A DNA stretch of 64,000 bases from Chamaesiphon sp. Lineage in GTDB: Bacteria; Cyanobacteriota; Cyanobacteriia; Cyanobacteriales; Chamaesiphonaceae. The stretch covers positions 107,160 through 171,159 of the forward strand of contig CBDFFH010000043.1 in NCBI GenBank assembly GCA_965246715.1, in the 5' to 3' direction. Positions within the stretch are counted from its first letter, which is position 1. Every line of letters begins with the position of its first letter. Shown piece after piece: positions 1 to 11,500 of the stretch. Made by a program: the position numbers and the translations under genes. A model generated the notes under the pieces. The model was not told the origin of the DNA. It did no database searches and worked only from the letters and a program-made list of their open reading frames with translations.

Positions 1-45
1 CCAGCCTTAATTATCGCTAAGCCTATTATCTCGTATTTCTCTGGG

Positions 46-1083
46 CTACTCAATGTGATGTTTGGCGATCGCATTGGCTAACGCGATCTGAAATAATCGA
101 TCGATCGCGATGCCTGCCGATTTTGCCATGGTCGAAATTACACTCATTTTGGCAAACGAGCAATATAGCCCTGCTTCCAAAAACCACGGCTGTCCGTCAG
201 GATCGATCCGAAAATCAAACAGACTATAGTGCCGACAGCCTAGTGCGATGTGACATTTTTTGGCGGCATCCCAGACTTTAGCTGTCACTGGGTCGCTAGG
301 ATCGACGATCCAAGATTTGGCATTACCTTTAGCAACCGCAGTCAGACTGCCATCTTCAGCTCGCGCCAGCTTATCGGCATAGCTCCGAATCGGTCGATCG
401 TCTTTGTCCATCAAGTATTCTTCTAATGGCAAGCAGACTAGCTCGCCAGCTGACTCGATAATACCGCACCGGACTTCCCTACCCAGTTCGATAAATTCCT
501 CCACCATCACTTCATCTGTATTGGCAAAAGCCGCGTGCAGAGCTGTGTCGTATTCACTTGCATTTTTAACGAAGGCTACTCCCAGCGAATTATCAGCATT
601 TACAGGCTTGAGTACTACCGGGGGTGATATTTGGGGGTAATTACCAGGACGAAGCAATTCGGCATAGGGCACCTTAACTCCAGCGGCGGCGACAATGGCT
701 TTGGTATTAACTTTGTGCGCTGTCAACGCCATCAACTCGGCGGAGTTGCCGAGATAGGGAATATTTAACAAGTCAAAGAGATCGCGATAAGTTGTCATCC
801 CAGGAATGCAAAACATTTGCGGCACCATCACATCGAGATCGAGTGTTGTCAGCACCTCGATCGCATCAGCCAAGGACATGGACATGGCAAGATCGATCGC
901 GTCAGCATCGAGTGAGGTAGGGAATCGCCACAATCGATCGGGTGTAATATAGGCAATATGAAATTCATATAGTGCGGGGTTGGCGGTAGACTCCAGGCAA
1001 TCAGTTGCATACAAGCGCGAGAGATCGCAGTAAAAATCATCGACAGCCGAACCAACTAAATGCAAAACGCGTAATCTCCCCAC
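46..1083 (-). CDS. mysD: D-Ala-D-Ala ligase-like mycosporine-glycine amino acid ligase
   Basis: Ddl-type ATP-grasp motifs (DNSLG, DFRID..GQPWFLEAGLYCSF); last gene of a DDGS/O-MT/ATP-grasp cluster. Confidence 0.9.
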   Translation of the reverse strand: MGRLRVLHLVGSAVDDFYCDLSRLYATDCLESTANPALYEFHIAYITPDRLWRFPTSLDADAIDLAMSMSLADAIEVLTTLDLDVMVPQMFCIPGMTTYRDLFDLLNIPYLGNSAELMALTAHKVNTKAIVAAAGVKVPYAELLRPGNYPQISPPVVLKPVNADNSLGVAFVKNASEYDTALHAAFANTDEVMVEEFIELGREVRCGIIESAGELVCLPLEEYLMDKDDRPIRSYADKLARAEDGSLTAVAKGNAKSWIVDPSDPVTAKVWDAAKKCHIALGCRHYSLFDFRIDPDGQPWFLEAGLYCSFAKMSVISTMAKSAGIAIDRLFQIALANAIAKHHIE

Positions 1084-1085
1084 AA

Positions 1086-2453
1086 TTAATCTCCCCCTAA
1101 TTCCACGAGCTTGCCGATATTAAAATCGATTCGGATCCATCCTTTTAATTGTTGTAAGTTTTTTAGTAGCAATAAGGGAATCTGCCAATGATGCACCATT
1201 AAAAATGGCAGCGGATCGAACCAGTCGAAAATTGCATCTTTACCACTGAAGATGATTTGTAGCCGTTGCCGAGTTTGGGTTGGATTGGATAAGTGCGTCA
1301 GCAATCGCCAAATTTCATGGTAAATCCAGTAAGTTGGACGACTCGATGCTAGTGGTTTAACGATCTCTGCTAATGGCTCACGCTCTAGATAAGCGGTGGC
1401 GACATCTGGATGATTGTAAAACATCGTAATCGCTGAGTGGGTACGGGGATTGCATTCGATCGCATAAATTCGATCGTCAGCAGTTTGAATGAAATCAAAA
1501 GAAACTTGTCCGGTTAACTTTAGTCCAGCGACAAACTTCTTCACCCAGGCTTCGATTTCAGGTTTATCTACCATCTGATAATTGATCTGAAATGCTGACG
1601 ATTCGCAGCAACAATGTAGTCTCACTTCGCCATCGCGCACGGTACTGTGAGTACAGTATTCCTGTCCGGTGATAAACTCTTGCAAAATCCACGGATGGTC
1701 GATCGAAATCGGTAGTTCTGTAACGAACGCTGCTGTCTGTGCGGGTGTATCGCGGGGGAATTTAGTTAAGTCCAATCGCCGCACGGAATCGTAAGGAATA
1801 CTTTTGAGAATATATTGCCGTTGCTGGGTGGCGAAATCAAAGTCCATCACTTGCAGCGGATGGGTAATGCAGTGAGAATCGGGAACGGGTAGCTCTAATG
1901 ATGTTGCGAGTGTGGCAAATCGCTCTTTATCGTCTAGTTTTTGCACCATCGTCGGGTCGAGGTGCATGACGTCACAATAGGGGGCGAGTGTTGCTATTGC
2001 TACGGCATCGTAATAGCTGGCGACTGGGCTACAGACGGGGATGTAGACATCGACTCCTTCTGTTTTGACAATTTCTAGCAATGCGTCGATGTAGCCATCG
2101 GCATCGGGCTGGGGGATGGTGTAGAAGCGATCGACTGCCCAGGAAAATCGATGTCCGGTGAGCCAATATTTATATGATTCGCATAAAATCACGCGATGTC
2201 CAGCGCGATGAAACGATCGGGTTAATTGCAGTGCTTTGGTCATTTTGCCACCGCTAATGAGGATTGTCTTTGGGTTGGCGGTTGCGGTGCGTGACTGAAC
2301 TGGTTTGAGGAGGAGTGATGTGAATAGGGCGATCGCGGTTAAGGTGAGGTTTAGGGGTAGTGCTAGTAGTAGGAGGCTAAGGGTGCCGATCGTTTTTAGA
2401 GATGTTTGGAGTCGATTGGGTGGTGGTGATGCGATCGGTAGTTCTTGGGTCAT
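1086..2453 (-). CDS. mysC: ATP-grasp mycosporine-glycine synthase
   Basis: ISGGKMTKALQL, YILKSIPYDSVRRLDL, ECNPRTHSAI and C-terminal DFNIGKLVELGGD motifs; cluster context. Confidence 0.92.
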   Translation of the reverse strand: MTQELPIASPPPNRLQTSLKTIGTLSLLLLALPLNLTLTAIALFTSLLLKPVQSRTATANPKTILISGGKMTKALQLTRSFHRAGHRVILCESYKYWLTGHRFSWAVDRFYTIPQPDADGYIDALLEIVKTEGVDVYIPVCSPVASYYDAVAIATLAPYCDVMHLDPTMVQKLDDKERFATLATSLELPVPDSHCITHPLQVMDFDFATQQRQYILKSIPYDSVRRLDLTKFPRDTPAQTAAFVTELPISIDHPWILQEFITGQEYCTHSTVRDGEVRLHCCCESSAFQINYQMVDKPEIEAWVKKFVAGLKLTGQVSFDFIQTADDRIYAIECNPRTHSAITMFYNHPDVATAYLEREPLAEIVKPLASSRPTYWIYHEIWRLLTHLSNPTQTRQRLQIIFSGKDAIFDWFDPLPFLMVHHWQIPLLLLKNLQQLKGWIRIDFNIGKLVELGGD

Positions 2454-2522
2454 GCCTTTCTACTGACGGATTTGGATGGGAACTAGTGCTTTTATTTGGG
2501 CTGCTGGTGGGTGGAACCCGGA

Positions 2523-2590
2523 TCTGGGGGTCGGAACCCCCAGACCCCCCGTTGAGGAGCGGAACGCCGCCCCTCAAACTCCCCTGCGTA
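2523..2590. repeat. GC-rich hairpin repeat (CTGGGGGTCGGAACCCCCAG...)
   Basis: Two adjacent GC-rich stem-loops in the mysB-mysC gap. Confidence 0.45.
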
Positions 2591-2732
2591 AGGTTCGACT
2601 TGTGTGTGGCGAGGCGCGCTTCGCATTAGTGCGTTCTGTCGGTTACTTTATGATGAGGGAGGTGGGGAATCTAGAAGTTCTTCTTTTTTAGATATATCTA
2701 TATCTATCTACCCACAAATTTAAATCGACAAT

Positions 2733-2840
2733 TAAGTAGGTGGGCGTAACTAAATATAGAATATCATGTAGGGTGGGCACTGCCCACCATCTGGGTTTCA
2801 AGCATTATCTATTTAACAAATAGTCGTACCTACCTACTTA
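2733..2840. mobile_element. MITE-like element with TAAGTAGGT... terminal inverted repeats enclosing a GTAG-type REP
   Basis: TAAGTAGGTGGGCGTAACTA ... TAGTCGTACCTACCTACTTA imperfect TIRs; internal GTAGGGTGGGCACTGCCCACC at 2768-2788. Confidence 0.65.
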
Positions 2841-2879
2841 CGTCAGCGATTGGAACCTAAGTTGGCGCAGCCTTTCTGC

Positions 2880-3695
2880 CTAAACTCGGCGGATCAGTGT
2901 CAGCCCATCCCGTAAGGGCAGTAACACTTGTTCGATCCGTGGATCGTCGATGACGGCTTGATTGAAAGCGGCGATCGCTAATCCGTTCGCGGTTGATTCT
3001 GCTTGTAAATACGGCTGTCCCTGCATCAAGGTATTATCGACACAGATCGCTCCGTGCGGGGCGAGGAGGGTGCTATCGAGTAATAAATTTAAATAGTCGA
3101 TATATCCACCCTTATCGGCATCGATAAAGACCAGATCGAACGTTATGCCAACAGCAGCTAACTTTTTGAGTGTCTCCATTGCTGGAGCTACCTCGATCGA
3201 GATTTTGTGTCCGTGGGGTGACTCCTTAAAGCATTGCCGGGCAAATTCGGCCGCAAAATGATCTACTTCACAAGCGACTACTTTACCGTCTTCGGGCAAG
3301 GCTTCAGCCATGGATAAGGCAGAGTAACCCGTAAATACGCCGATTTCTAGTACCCGTTTAGCGCGAGCTAAATGAATGAGAAATTTCAGCATTTGACCTT
3401 CGACGTGTCCTGAGAGCATTTCCTGCTCTAACTGGCGGACAGTCTCACCATTTGTCGATCGCAATGACCAATCTTCGGATTGAGTCCGATCGACTAGATC
3501 GGCTAATGCTGGCGACTCTGGAGTCGTACAGTGACTGATGTAAGGATCTAATCCGCTAGCAAGTTCGCAAGCTTGGCGCAATTCTGACTTGAGAGCTGGA
3601 TCGATACCTTCGAGAGCGCCGATTTGTTCGGTGAGATATTCGAGTTTAGTGGCGAGAATACCTAGCGGTGTTACGGCTCTGGGGGCTACTTTCAT
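2880..3695 (-). CDS. mysB: O-methyltransferase (4-deoxygadusol synthesis)
   Basis: [24 protein letters not shown] and DNTL motifs; ATG at 3695 overlaps the mysA TGA (ATGA). Confidence 0.92.
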   Translation of the reverse strand: MKVAPRAVTPLGILATKLEYLTEQIGALEGIDPALKSELRQACELASGLDPYISHCTTPESPALADLVDRTQSEDWSLRSTNGETVRQLEQEMLSGHVEGQMLKFLIHLARAKRVLEIGVFTGYSALSMAEALPEDGKVVACEVDHFAAEFARQCFKESPHGHKISIEVAPAMETLKKLAAVGITFDLVFIDADKGGYIDYLNLLLDSTLLAPHGAICVDNTLMQGQPYLQAESTANGLAIAAFNQAVIDDPRIEQVLLPLRDGLTLIRRV

Positions 3696-4936
3696 GCTGG
3701 TATCCCTGCTGACATCGAGAGTTTGGCCGATCGAGCGGAAATATACATATCGACACCATCGCCGCCGCGTGGATAGGTGCGGCATAGTTCCTTGTGGATG
3801 GCTAAGTCGCGGGAGAGATCGGCTTCAGTCAGATCGTTAAGGAAGGTGCAACTCCCGATCGGATGTGGGACGGCGGCGCGGACTAAACCATCGCGGGTTC
3901 GGCTAATCGATTCGGTGGCTTTCCACAATAGTTCGGGAGTGAGATAGGGACTATCGATCGCCAGTCCGATCCGGCTCATCAAGCTTAAAATGCGATCGCG
4001 ATCGATGACGGAAATGTAGCCACGTTGTTGCGCGATCGTGGCTGAGAAGGCCATGTCGATATTTACACCATGACCGTGGAACATCGGAATCTCTGGAGTT
4101 AGCTCTAGCGTAGGACTCCAGGTGTGACCGTAAGCGATAACGCGATCGAGGTCGAGTTCGTGGAGGTTGGGCACTTCTAGCTCCAACATCGTATTAATCG
4201 CGTTATAAGTGACTTTGTGGGCGATCGCTCTAAGTTCTGGCGTGCCGTTCAGATAGCCGAATCTGCTGTGCAACAATTCTTCGCCATGCTTTTCTAGCAG
4301 CTCAAAAATTTCCCGATTGGCAACGACAGCGATCTTGATTAACTCTGCCATCCCGTTGCGGATTTGATCTTCGGGCAGCGTTTTCAAGAACGAGAAGTCT
4401 AAAATCACTTTTTGCGAAGCGTGGTAAGCACCTAATCGATTTTTTAACTTACCATGATTGACCGCGACTTTGATCGCGACACTGGCATCGATTAAGCCGA
4501 TTAGGGTGGTGGGGATGCGGATATAGTTGGTGCGACGACGGTAAGTAGCACAAGCAAATCCAGCAACATCGGTTGTCAGACCGCCACCTACGACCAAGAC
4601 TGGTTCTTTGCGTACTAGTCCAAAATCAGCAAAGGCATCGACGATCTGCTCGAAGGTTTGTAGCGTCTTATCTGTCTCCTCAATTCGGATTTGGAAGACG
4701 GTGAGGTCGATTTCATAATGCTCGAAATAAGCTTTAATCCGATCGCCATATAAACCATAAATTGTTTTATCTACGATCGTCAAACATCGTCCAAACTGAC
4801 GATAGCTCTCGGCGATCTCCGAATTATCTATATCAAACGCACCATCGACATAAAGCAAGCTAAAATCAATTTTTTCGTATCCTTCAATATGAAAAGCCTT
4901 TTCTGTCGCCTTGAAAGTTGCTTGGATGGTACCCAT
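3692..4936 (-). CDS. mysA: Sedoheptulose 7-phosphate cyclase (demethyl-4-deoxygadusol synthase)
   Basis: DHQS-like fold: [36 protein letters not shown]. Confidence 0.93.
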   Translation of the reverse strand: MGTIQATFKATEKAFHIEGYEKIDFSLLYVDGAFDIDNSEIAESYRQFGRCLTIVDKTIYGLYGDRIKAYFEHYEIDLTVFQIRIEETDKTLQTFEQIVDAFADFGLVRKEPVLVVGGGLTTDVAGFACATYRRRTNYIRIPTTLIGLIDASVAIKVAVNHGKLKNRLGAYHASQKVILDFSFLKTLPEDQIRNGMAELIKIAVVANREIFELLEKHGEELLHSRFGYLNGTPELRAIAHKVTYNAINTMLELEVPNLHELDLDRVIAYGHTWSPTLELTPEIPMFHGHGVNIDMAFSATIAQQRGYISVIDRDRILSLMSRIGLAIDSPYLTPELLWKATESISRTRDGLVRAAVPHPIGSCTFLNDLTEADLSRDLAIHKELCRTYPRGGDGVDMYISARSAKLSMSAGIPA

Positions 4937-5478
4937 GAAGTCTTTCCGCTCAGTTTATACACATAACTTAACGCATATTTTTCAGGTTAACAAATAATTT
5001 ACCACTAGTTAGCTAGTGAGGTAAATATTGAAATTCAACATCTATCGATCGATAGATGCACACGATCGAACTATATCGGTAGCTAGCTTTGAAGGCGATC
5101 TCACTTATCGATCGATACTGTTGACATCCGATCGCAACTGTTTTGGATTCAGTGATAATTACCACACGATCGACTTGCTTTGAGTAGAGTGTGTAAATAT
5201 TGTCACGTTTTAATCTATTGTAAAGCTGACCTTAACTGAGTGACCGACAGTGATTTTCAAATAAATCATTCACATGCTGTAAAGCTTGAAGAATTTTTTA
5301 GATAATTCGAACAATTCAAACACGATCTACAACATGCAGCTGTCAAAGTTGCTAACAGGTCAAGAAAATTAATTTATGATTTCGACTAGTAATTAAGAGC
5401 ATTTCGGGCATTTATTGCTGCGTGAATTGTCGATCGTTGCCTGTTGAGGCACAAAAAACTAGCTAAAAGGCGAAATTA

Positions 5479-6165
5479 ATGGACGTACAGATGTCTGGGA
5501 CTCATCAAGCTACTTCTGATGCGATCTTTGGGCACCCGATCTCGCGCAATCTTCAGTGGCATGATATCCGATCGATGCTGGAGTCGATCGCCCAAGTATC
5601 GGAAGAACATAATGGTAATGTCCGCTTTATGCGGCACGGTCAGACACTGACGATTCACCCGCCTAAACACAAAGATTTAGCCGATACTCAGGAACTGATG
5701 AAAATTCGGCACTTCCTCGAGCGATCTGCCTTACCCGAAGCCGCAAATGTTGCAGATAGCGGACATCGGTTGGTCGTCATCGACCATCGCGAAGCGCGGG
5801 TTTACCAGACCGAACTGCGCGGTGCGGTACCTGAGCGGATCGCGCCTTACGATCCAGATGGTTTGCACCAGCACATCCACTATGTAGAAGATGAAAGTAA
5901 CAAAGGTAAACGGCTACCCGAACTCAAATCTTTCTATGAGGCCGTGGCGCAGTCGCTCGTAGGTGCGGAGCAGATCTTGATTTTTGGTAGCTCGACCGGA
6001 TCGAGTAGCGCGATGGAACATCTACTCGCCGACCTCCAAAAACATCACTCAAACCTAGCTAAGCGCGTCATCGGTACGCTGAAGATCGATGAAAAACACC
6101 TGACTGACGACCAGTTATTAGCTAAGGCGCGGGAGTTCTATCTGAAAGCAAATGCTGGCGGTTAA
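5479..6165 (+). CDS. Hypothetical protein; HicA-like N-terminus plus release-factor-like (baeRF-type) C-terminus
   Basis: N-term HP..RNLQWHDIRSML...HPP.H; C-term VVIDHREARV...FYEAVAQSL.GAEQILIFG; family call from resemblance only. Confidence 0.55.
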   Translation: MDVQMSGTHQATSDAIFGHPISRNLQWHDIRSMLESIAQVSEEHNGNVRFMRHGQTLTIHPPKHKDLADTQELMKIRHFLERSALPEAANVADSGHRLVVIDHREARVYQTELRGAVPERIAPYDPDGLHQHIHYVEDESNKGKRLPELKSFYEAVAQSLVGAEQILIFGSSTGSSSAMEHLLADLQKHHSNLAKRVIGTLKIDEKHLTDDQLLAKAREFYLKANAGG

Positions 6166-6303
6166 AACCACCGTTATCTACACGCTACTGGCGGTTAAAG
6201 CCACCTCAGTGGAATAAATGCACCAACCGGTTGCGCTCGATCGCATCCAGCCGAACTCATTACCGTTGTCGCCAAGATCGCTTTCTAAGTATTCAGGAGA
6301 AAT

Positions 6304-7326
6304 ATGTCTGAATCGACGAACCGACAAATCCTACTCAAAAGTTACCCGAGCGGGGCACCGACTGCCAGCAACTTTACACTGGTCGAGACAGCTATTCCCG
6401 AGCCAGGAGCGGGAGCAACGCTCAACCGCACGATCTACTTGTCGCTAGACCCTTACATGCGCGGACGGATGAGCCAACAGGCATCTTATGCGGCTCCGGC
6501 AGAATTGGGACGAGTGATGATGGGCAGCACTGTCAGCCAGATTGTCACCTCCAATCACCCGGACTTCGCTGCTGGAGATTTTGTGGTGGGGTATGACGGT
6601 TGGCAGGAATATGCGATCGCTAAAGGCGAAACGTTACGTAAGCTCGATCCAGCACAGCTACCGATTTCCACTGCATTAGGACTCACTGGGGCACCAGGGA
6701 TGACCGCATATTTCGCGCTGCAAGAGATCGGCAAACTCAAGGTAGGCGAGACGGTGGTAGTCTCGGCTGCTGCTGGGGCTGTTGGTGCGATCGTCGGTCA
6801 ACTCGCCAAACTTCATGGCTGTCGGGCGGTGGGCATCGCTGGCGGTGCGGAGAAGTGCGCTTATGTAGTGGATGAATTGGGCTTTGATGCTTGTATCGAT
6901 CGCAAGACTCAAGATCTCAGTTCGGCATTGTCAGCCGCTTGTCCCGATGGGATCGACGTATATGTAGACCATACAGCGGGGCCGATTCTCGAAGCTGTAT
7001 TACAACACATCAATCTGGGAGCCAGAATCCCGTTAGTGGGTTTAATCTCCCAGTACAATGCCGAAACGCTCCCGCCAGGGCCAAATTTGATGCCGCTACT
7101 GGTCAAACGGGCCTTAATTCAGGGGTTTCTGGTCAGCGATTATTTGGGACGGCAATCAGAGTTTATCGCGGCGATGTCGCCGTGGCTACAAGCTGGCAAG
7201 CTCAAGTACAAGGAGGATATCGTTGCCGGGCTAGAAAATGCACCTCAGGCGTTTCTCGGTCTGTTTCAAGGTCATAACTTCGGCAAGTTAATCGTGCGGG
7301 TTGGTGATGACCCGACGCGACAATAG
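6304..7326 (+). CDS. NADP-dependent oxidoreductase (CurA/prostaglandin reductase-like MDR family)
   Basis: YLSLDPYMRGRM, VSAAAGAVG, G.NFGKLIV motifs. Confidence 0.9.
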   Translation: MSESTNRQILLKSYPSGAPTASNFTLVETAIPEPGAGATLNRTIYLSLDPYMRGRMSQQASYAAPAELGRVMMGSTVSQIVTSNHPDFAAGDFVVGYDGWQEYAIAKGETLRKLDPAQLPISTALGLTGAPGMTAYFALQEIGKLKVGETVVVSAAAGAVGAIVGQLAKLHGCRAVGIAGGAEKCAYVVDELGFDACIDRKTQDLSSALSAACPDGIDVYVDHTAGPILEAVLQHINLGARIPLVGLISQYNAETLPPGPNLMPLLVKRALIQGFLVSDYLGRQSEFIAAMSPWLQAGKLKYKEDIVAGLENAPQAFLGLFQGHNFGKLIVRVGDDPTRQ

Positions 7327-7361
7327 TTCGACTCAATAACTTTACTTTAGGAATAACAATC

Positions 7362-7790
7362 ATGAATGACATCGTAGATACACTCATTAATGACGGTCGG
7401 TTTGTAACTTTGGTTGATGCGATCGAGCGGGCGAGTTTGGCGCAGGGCTTGATGGAGCCGGGTACGGTCACGATCTTTGCCCCGACTGATGAAGCATTTT
7501 CTAAGTTGCCTTCGGGGATGATGGGATTTTTGCTCGACAATCCGCCAGAGCTGGAAAAGCTGTTGTCATATCATGTGATTGCGCAGCGGATTCTTTCGAG
7601 CGATCTGAGCGCGGTGAGTTCGACTCCGACTGTTGAGGGTTCGATGTTGACGATCGATAATACTCAAGGTGCGAAAGTGAATGATGCCAAGATCCTCCAA
7701 GCCGATCTCGAAGCAAGTAATGGCGTGATTCACGCGATCGATACCGTATTGATTCCCCAATCAGTGAGCGATATGTCGATGGCTGGTTAA
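7362..7790 (+). CDS. Fasciclin (FAS1) domain protein
   Basis: TIFAPTDEAF, LLSYHVI, NGVIHAIDTVL motifs. Confidence 0.92.
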   Translation: MNDIVDTLINDGRFVTLVDAIERASLAQGLMEPGTVTIFAPTDEAFSKLPSGMMGFLLDNPPELEKLLSYHVIAQRILSSDLSAVSSTPTVEGSMLTIDNTQGAKVNDAKILQADLEASNGVIHAIDTVLIPQSVSDMSMAG

Positions 7791-7862
7791 GCGGCGAGGG
7801 CAGAATGTCGAGCGTGGGGTACCCTTGTGCAGCGTAGGGGTGCTCCTTATTCGCTGAAGTCG

Positions 7863-7902
7863 CGATCGAGAGATATTTGGGCGATCGAATATCTCTCGAT
7901 CG
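7863..7902 (+). terminator. 15-bp stem hairpin, probable terminator after the fasciclin gene
   Basis: CGATCGAGAGATATT ... AATATCTCTCGATCG followed by AT-rich sequence. Confidence 0.5.
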
Positions 7903-7993
7903 ATTTAAATTACAGTATTAATTTGATGGATATCTTCAAGTTGTAATTGCGATCCAACCTCACAAAAACTGACATTAAAAATTCAATAAATTA

Positions 7994-8192
7994 ACCTAAG
8001 TTGCTACCTAATAGAACGCCTACGATTGTGTCTTGAAAAGGTGCTCTACTTGGGGAAACCCCAAGACCTAATGGTCGGCTAGCCGACCAAATGCACTTTT
8101 CGCTTCGCGGACTAGTTTATTAGTCCGCGAAGCGAAAAGTGCATTCCGAAGAGCGGTTTCTAACCGCTTAGGTTATGGGTAGCAACTTGGGT
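7994..8192. mobile_element. MITE with 7-bp target duplication and internal long hairpin
   Basis: TIRs ACCTAAGTTGCTACC / GGTAGCAACTTGGGT; TAAATTA on both sides (7987-7993, 8193-8199). Confidence 0.8.
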
Positions 8193-8560
8193 TAAATTAG
8201 AATTAGTTGGGTACTGAAACATAATTTTATCTTCTTAAAACCCCAGTTGGATAAGTAGTGCCAACTTCAAAAATTGTACTTTGTACTTCTGAACGCTCGA
8301 TTCTTATCCCGAACTGACGTTATTTATTATTGAGATGTATTCATAGAAAATGAAGATTTAAGGTTGATAACCCTCGACTGGAGAAATTAGCTTTAAACTG
8401 GCAGGTAAAAGCTGAATATTTGGAAATGGTAATTTCGGGGATCTTCTGAACCAGAGCAGCCTCTCCTCACCGCGATCGCGCGTTTAATTTTTTAACAATA
8501 CCGATCGGAACTGGGACACAATCATCGATCCAGTTATTAGCAATCGCGGAGGCGATATCA

Positions 8561-11500
8561 ATGGCAACTAGAAGTAGCTCTAGGCAGTCGAAATCTCAGC
8601 CCACTACTAGCAGCCCGAGCGCAGCTTCCCAACTCAACCCATCATCCAACGGCAAGCCGATTGCGACCGCAATTGTCGGCATTGGGGCTTCCGCAGGCGG
8701 ATTGGAAGCCTTTACCCTACTCTTACGCCACCTGTCGATCGAGACAGGGATGGCATACGTGCTGATCCAACACCTCGATCCGCAACACAAGAGTTTGTTG
8801 ACGGAAATTTTGGCGCGCACGACGCAAATGCCGGTGACAGAGATAACCGATGGCATTGAGATCGAGCCGAATCATATCTATATCATTCCACCCAATACGC
8901 AGACGGTCTTCCGAAATGGGCGGCTGAAACTTTCACCACGGGAAAAGACTAAAGGCATATTTCACCCGATCGATCTATTCTTTCATTCGATCGCTGCCGA
9001 GTGCGGGAGCCAAGCAATCGGGGTTGTCTTATCTGGTGGCGATGGCGATGGCGCGCTCGGACTATCAGCAATTAAAGCCGCTGGGGGCATCACCTTCGCG
9101 CAGGATCTCCCCTCCTCACAATTTGGCGGAATGCCCCATAGCGCGGCAAATACCGGGCAGGTAGACTTTATTTTACCGCCAGCGGAGATTGCCAAAAAAC
9201 TCAACCAAATGAGCGCGCACTCCGGCTCGGCAGCGGGCGGAACGATCGTGGCAACGGCGAGCCAGCCAGATCCGACAGCAGAGATCGATCTCGATCGACT
9301 CTCAGAGCGGCCATTGACACCGAAATTATCCCCAAACACCGCACTTGCCGACAGCGCCCCAGCACAGCTCGATCCCCTCGATCGAATTTTTGAACTGCTG
9401 CAACTTCAGACGGGAGCTAACTTTGCGGGGTACAAACATGCGACCCTCAATCGGCGGATGCAGCGGCGGATGCACCAACAGCAGATTGGCACGGTGGCAG
9501 ATTATCTCAATTATTTAGTAGCATATCCGGCCGAAGTCGAGGCGCTGTATCGAGATTTTCTCATTGATGTCACGAGTTTTTTCCGCGATCCAGTCGCCTT
9601 TCAATCCTTGAAGGACAATATTTTGCCGCAGATCGTCCGGCAACAGCAAGTACCAAAAGCGCCAATTCGGGTGTGGGTGGCGGGATGTGCGACGGGAGAG
9701 GAAGTTTATTCGATCGCCATTTGTTTGCTGGAAGTGCTAGCAGAGCTAAAATTACCAGCGCAGATTCAGATTTTTGCGACCGATCTCAATGAATTGGCGA
9801 TCGAGACTGCGCGCGCGGGTATTTACTCCAAAGCTAAGGTTGAGGGTGTCTCAGCCGAAAGATTGCAGCAGTTTTTTATCCCAGTCGCAGGTGGGTATCA
9901 GATCGATCGAGCGGTACGTGATTTGTGTGTATTTGCCAAACATAATCTCTGTAGCGATCCACCGTTCTCACGGCTCGATACGATCGTCTGTCGCAATGTA
10001 CTGATTTATTTTGGAGCCAAACTCCAAAAAAAGGTGATGCAGACACTGCACTACGGACTCAAGCCGACTGGTTTTCTGATGCTCGGTAGTTCTGAGACTA
10101 CGGGAAGCTCAGCGGACTTATTTCATGCTGTCGAGTTTGCTGAGGATACATCCGCAGCAAAACAGTACAAATTTTATACAAAAAAACTGGTGTCGCTCCT
10201 GCCCAATCTAGATTTTACGATCGGTGGCGAGATTAGATCCTATTCCCCGCTGCAACCACCGATAGCGCCTGACGATCGGACTGCGAACATCGATCTGCAA
10301 CAGATTACTGACGATATCGTTTGGAAACGCTATGCGCCAGCAGGGGTCACGATCGATTCCGATCTCCAAATCCTCCAATTTCGGGGCGATACTAGTCCCT
10401 ATCTGAGTTCTGCTCCAGGCAAGCCGAGTTTTAGTCTGTTGAAAATGGCGCGGGTCGATCTGCGGGTCGAACTCCGAGCGGCGATCTATCAAGCGAAAAA
10501 ACTCAATCTGCCAGTTAGTAAGTCGTCACTCAGCGAACTTATCAAGTTTGAGGTCATCCCCGTTCGGGTGCCTGGACTGGCCGAGCGATACTTCCTAATT
10601 TTATTCGAGCCGTTGGTGGAGGCTCTCCCCACGAGTTTGACCGCAGATCTTGACCAAGCAAATGAGGCGGCGGGACTACCGGAGATGACACTCACCCGCA
10701 AACGTGCACGCAAAACCCTGGTCGAACGGGAGAATCTCCAGCTCAAACACAAGCTCGCCCTGACTCAAGAGCATCTGCAAACCATAACTGAGGAGCAAGA
10801 AGCGATCGAGCAGGCGGCACGGGCGACGCAGGAGGAAATGCTCTCGAGTAATGAGGAGTTTCAAAGCACTAATGAAGAACTCGAAACCGCGAAAGAGGAG
10901 ATCCAGGCAGCCAATGAGGAGTTGAGTACCGTCAATGAGGAATTACGCAATCGCAATCTGGAAGCGACCCAAGCTAATAACGATTTGCTGAATATTCTCA
11001 GCAGCGTCAGACTGCCGATTTTGATTGTCGATACAGATCTCCGGATTGGGCGGTTTACGCCAATGGCGGAGCGGATCTTCAACCTCATTCCCACGGATCT
11101 CGGTCGCTCGTTCAAAGACATCCGCCACAACCTGAATATTCCCGATTTGGATCGCTCGATCCTCCAGACGATCGAGACGCTCACCATTTACCAACAGGAG
11201 ATCCAAGACCGATCGGGAAATTGGTATCAACTTGAGATCCGCCCCTATCAAACTCACGACAAGATCGTTGCTGGTGCTACTGTCGTCTTGATCGATATCA
11301 ACGAACTCAAGCAGCGCGCTCAGGAGATTCAAGTCGCCCGCGATTATGCCAATGCGATCGTCGAAACGGTATGGGAGCCGCAGCTCGTGCTCGATCGCGA
11401 GCTGCGGATTGTCACTGTCAATCATGCCTTCTATGAGATGTTTGAGTTTACGCCACCGCAGGTGGCAGGACAACTACTCGATAAGTTGGAAAACGGACAA

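Noticed and set aside
6155..6206. Direct repeat CTGGCGGTTAAA(A/G)CCACC x2
   Set aside because: Only two copies at a gene end; probably a local duplication or weak terminator
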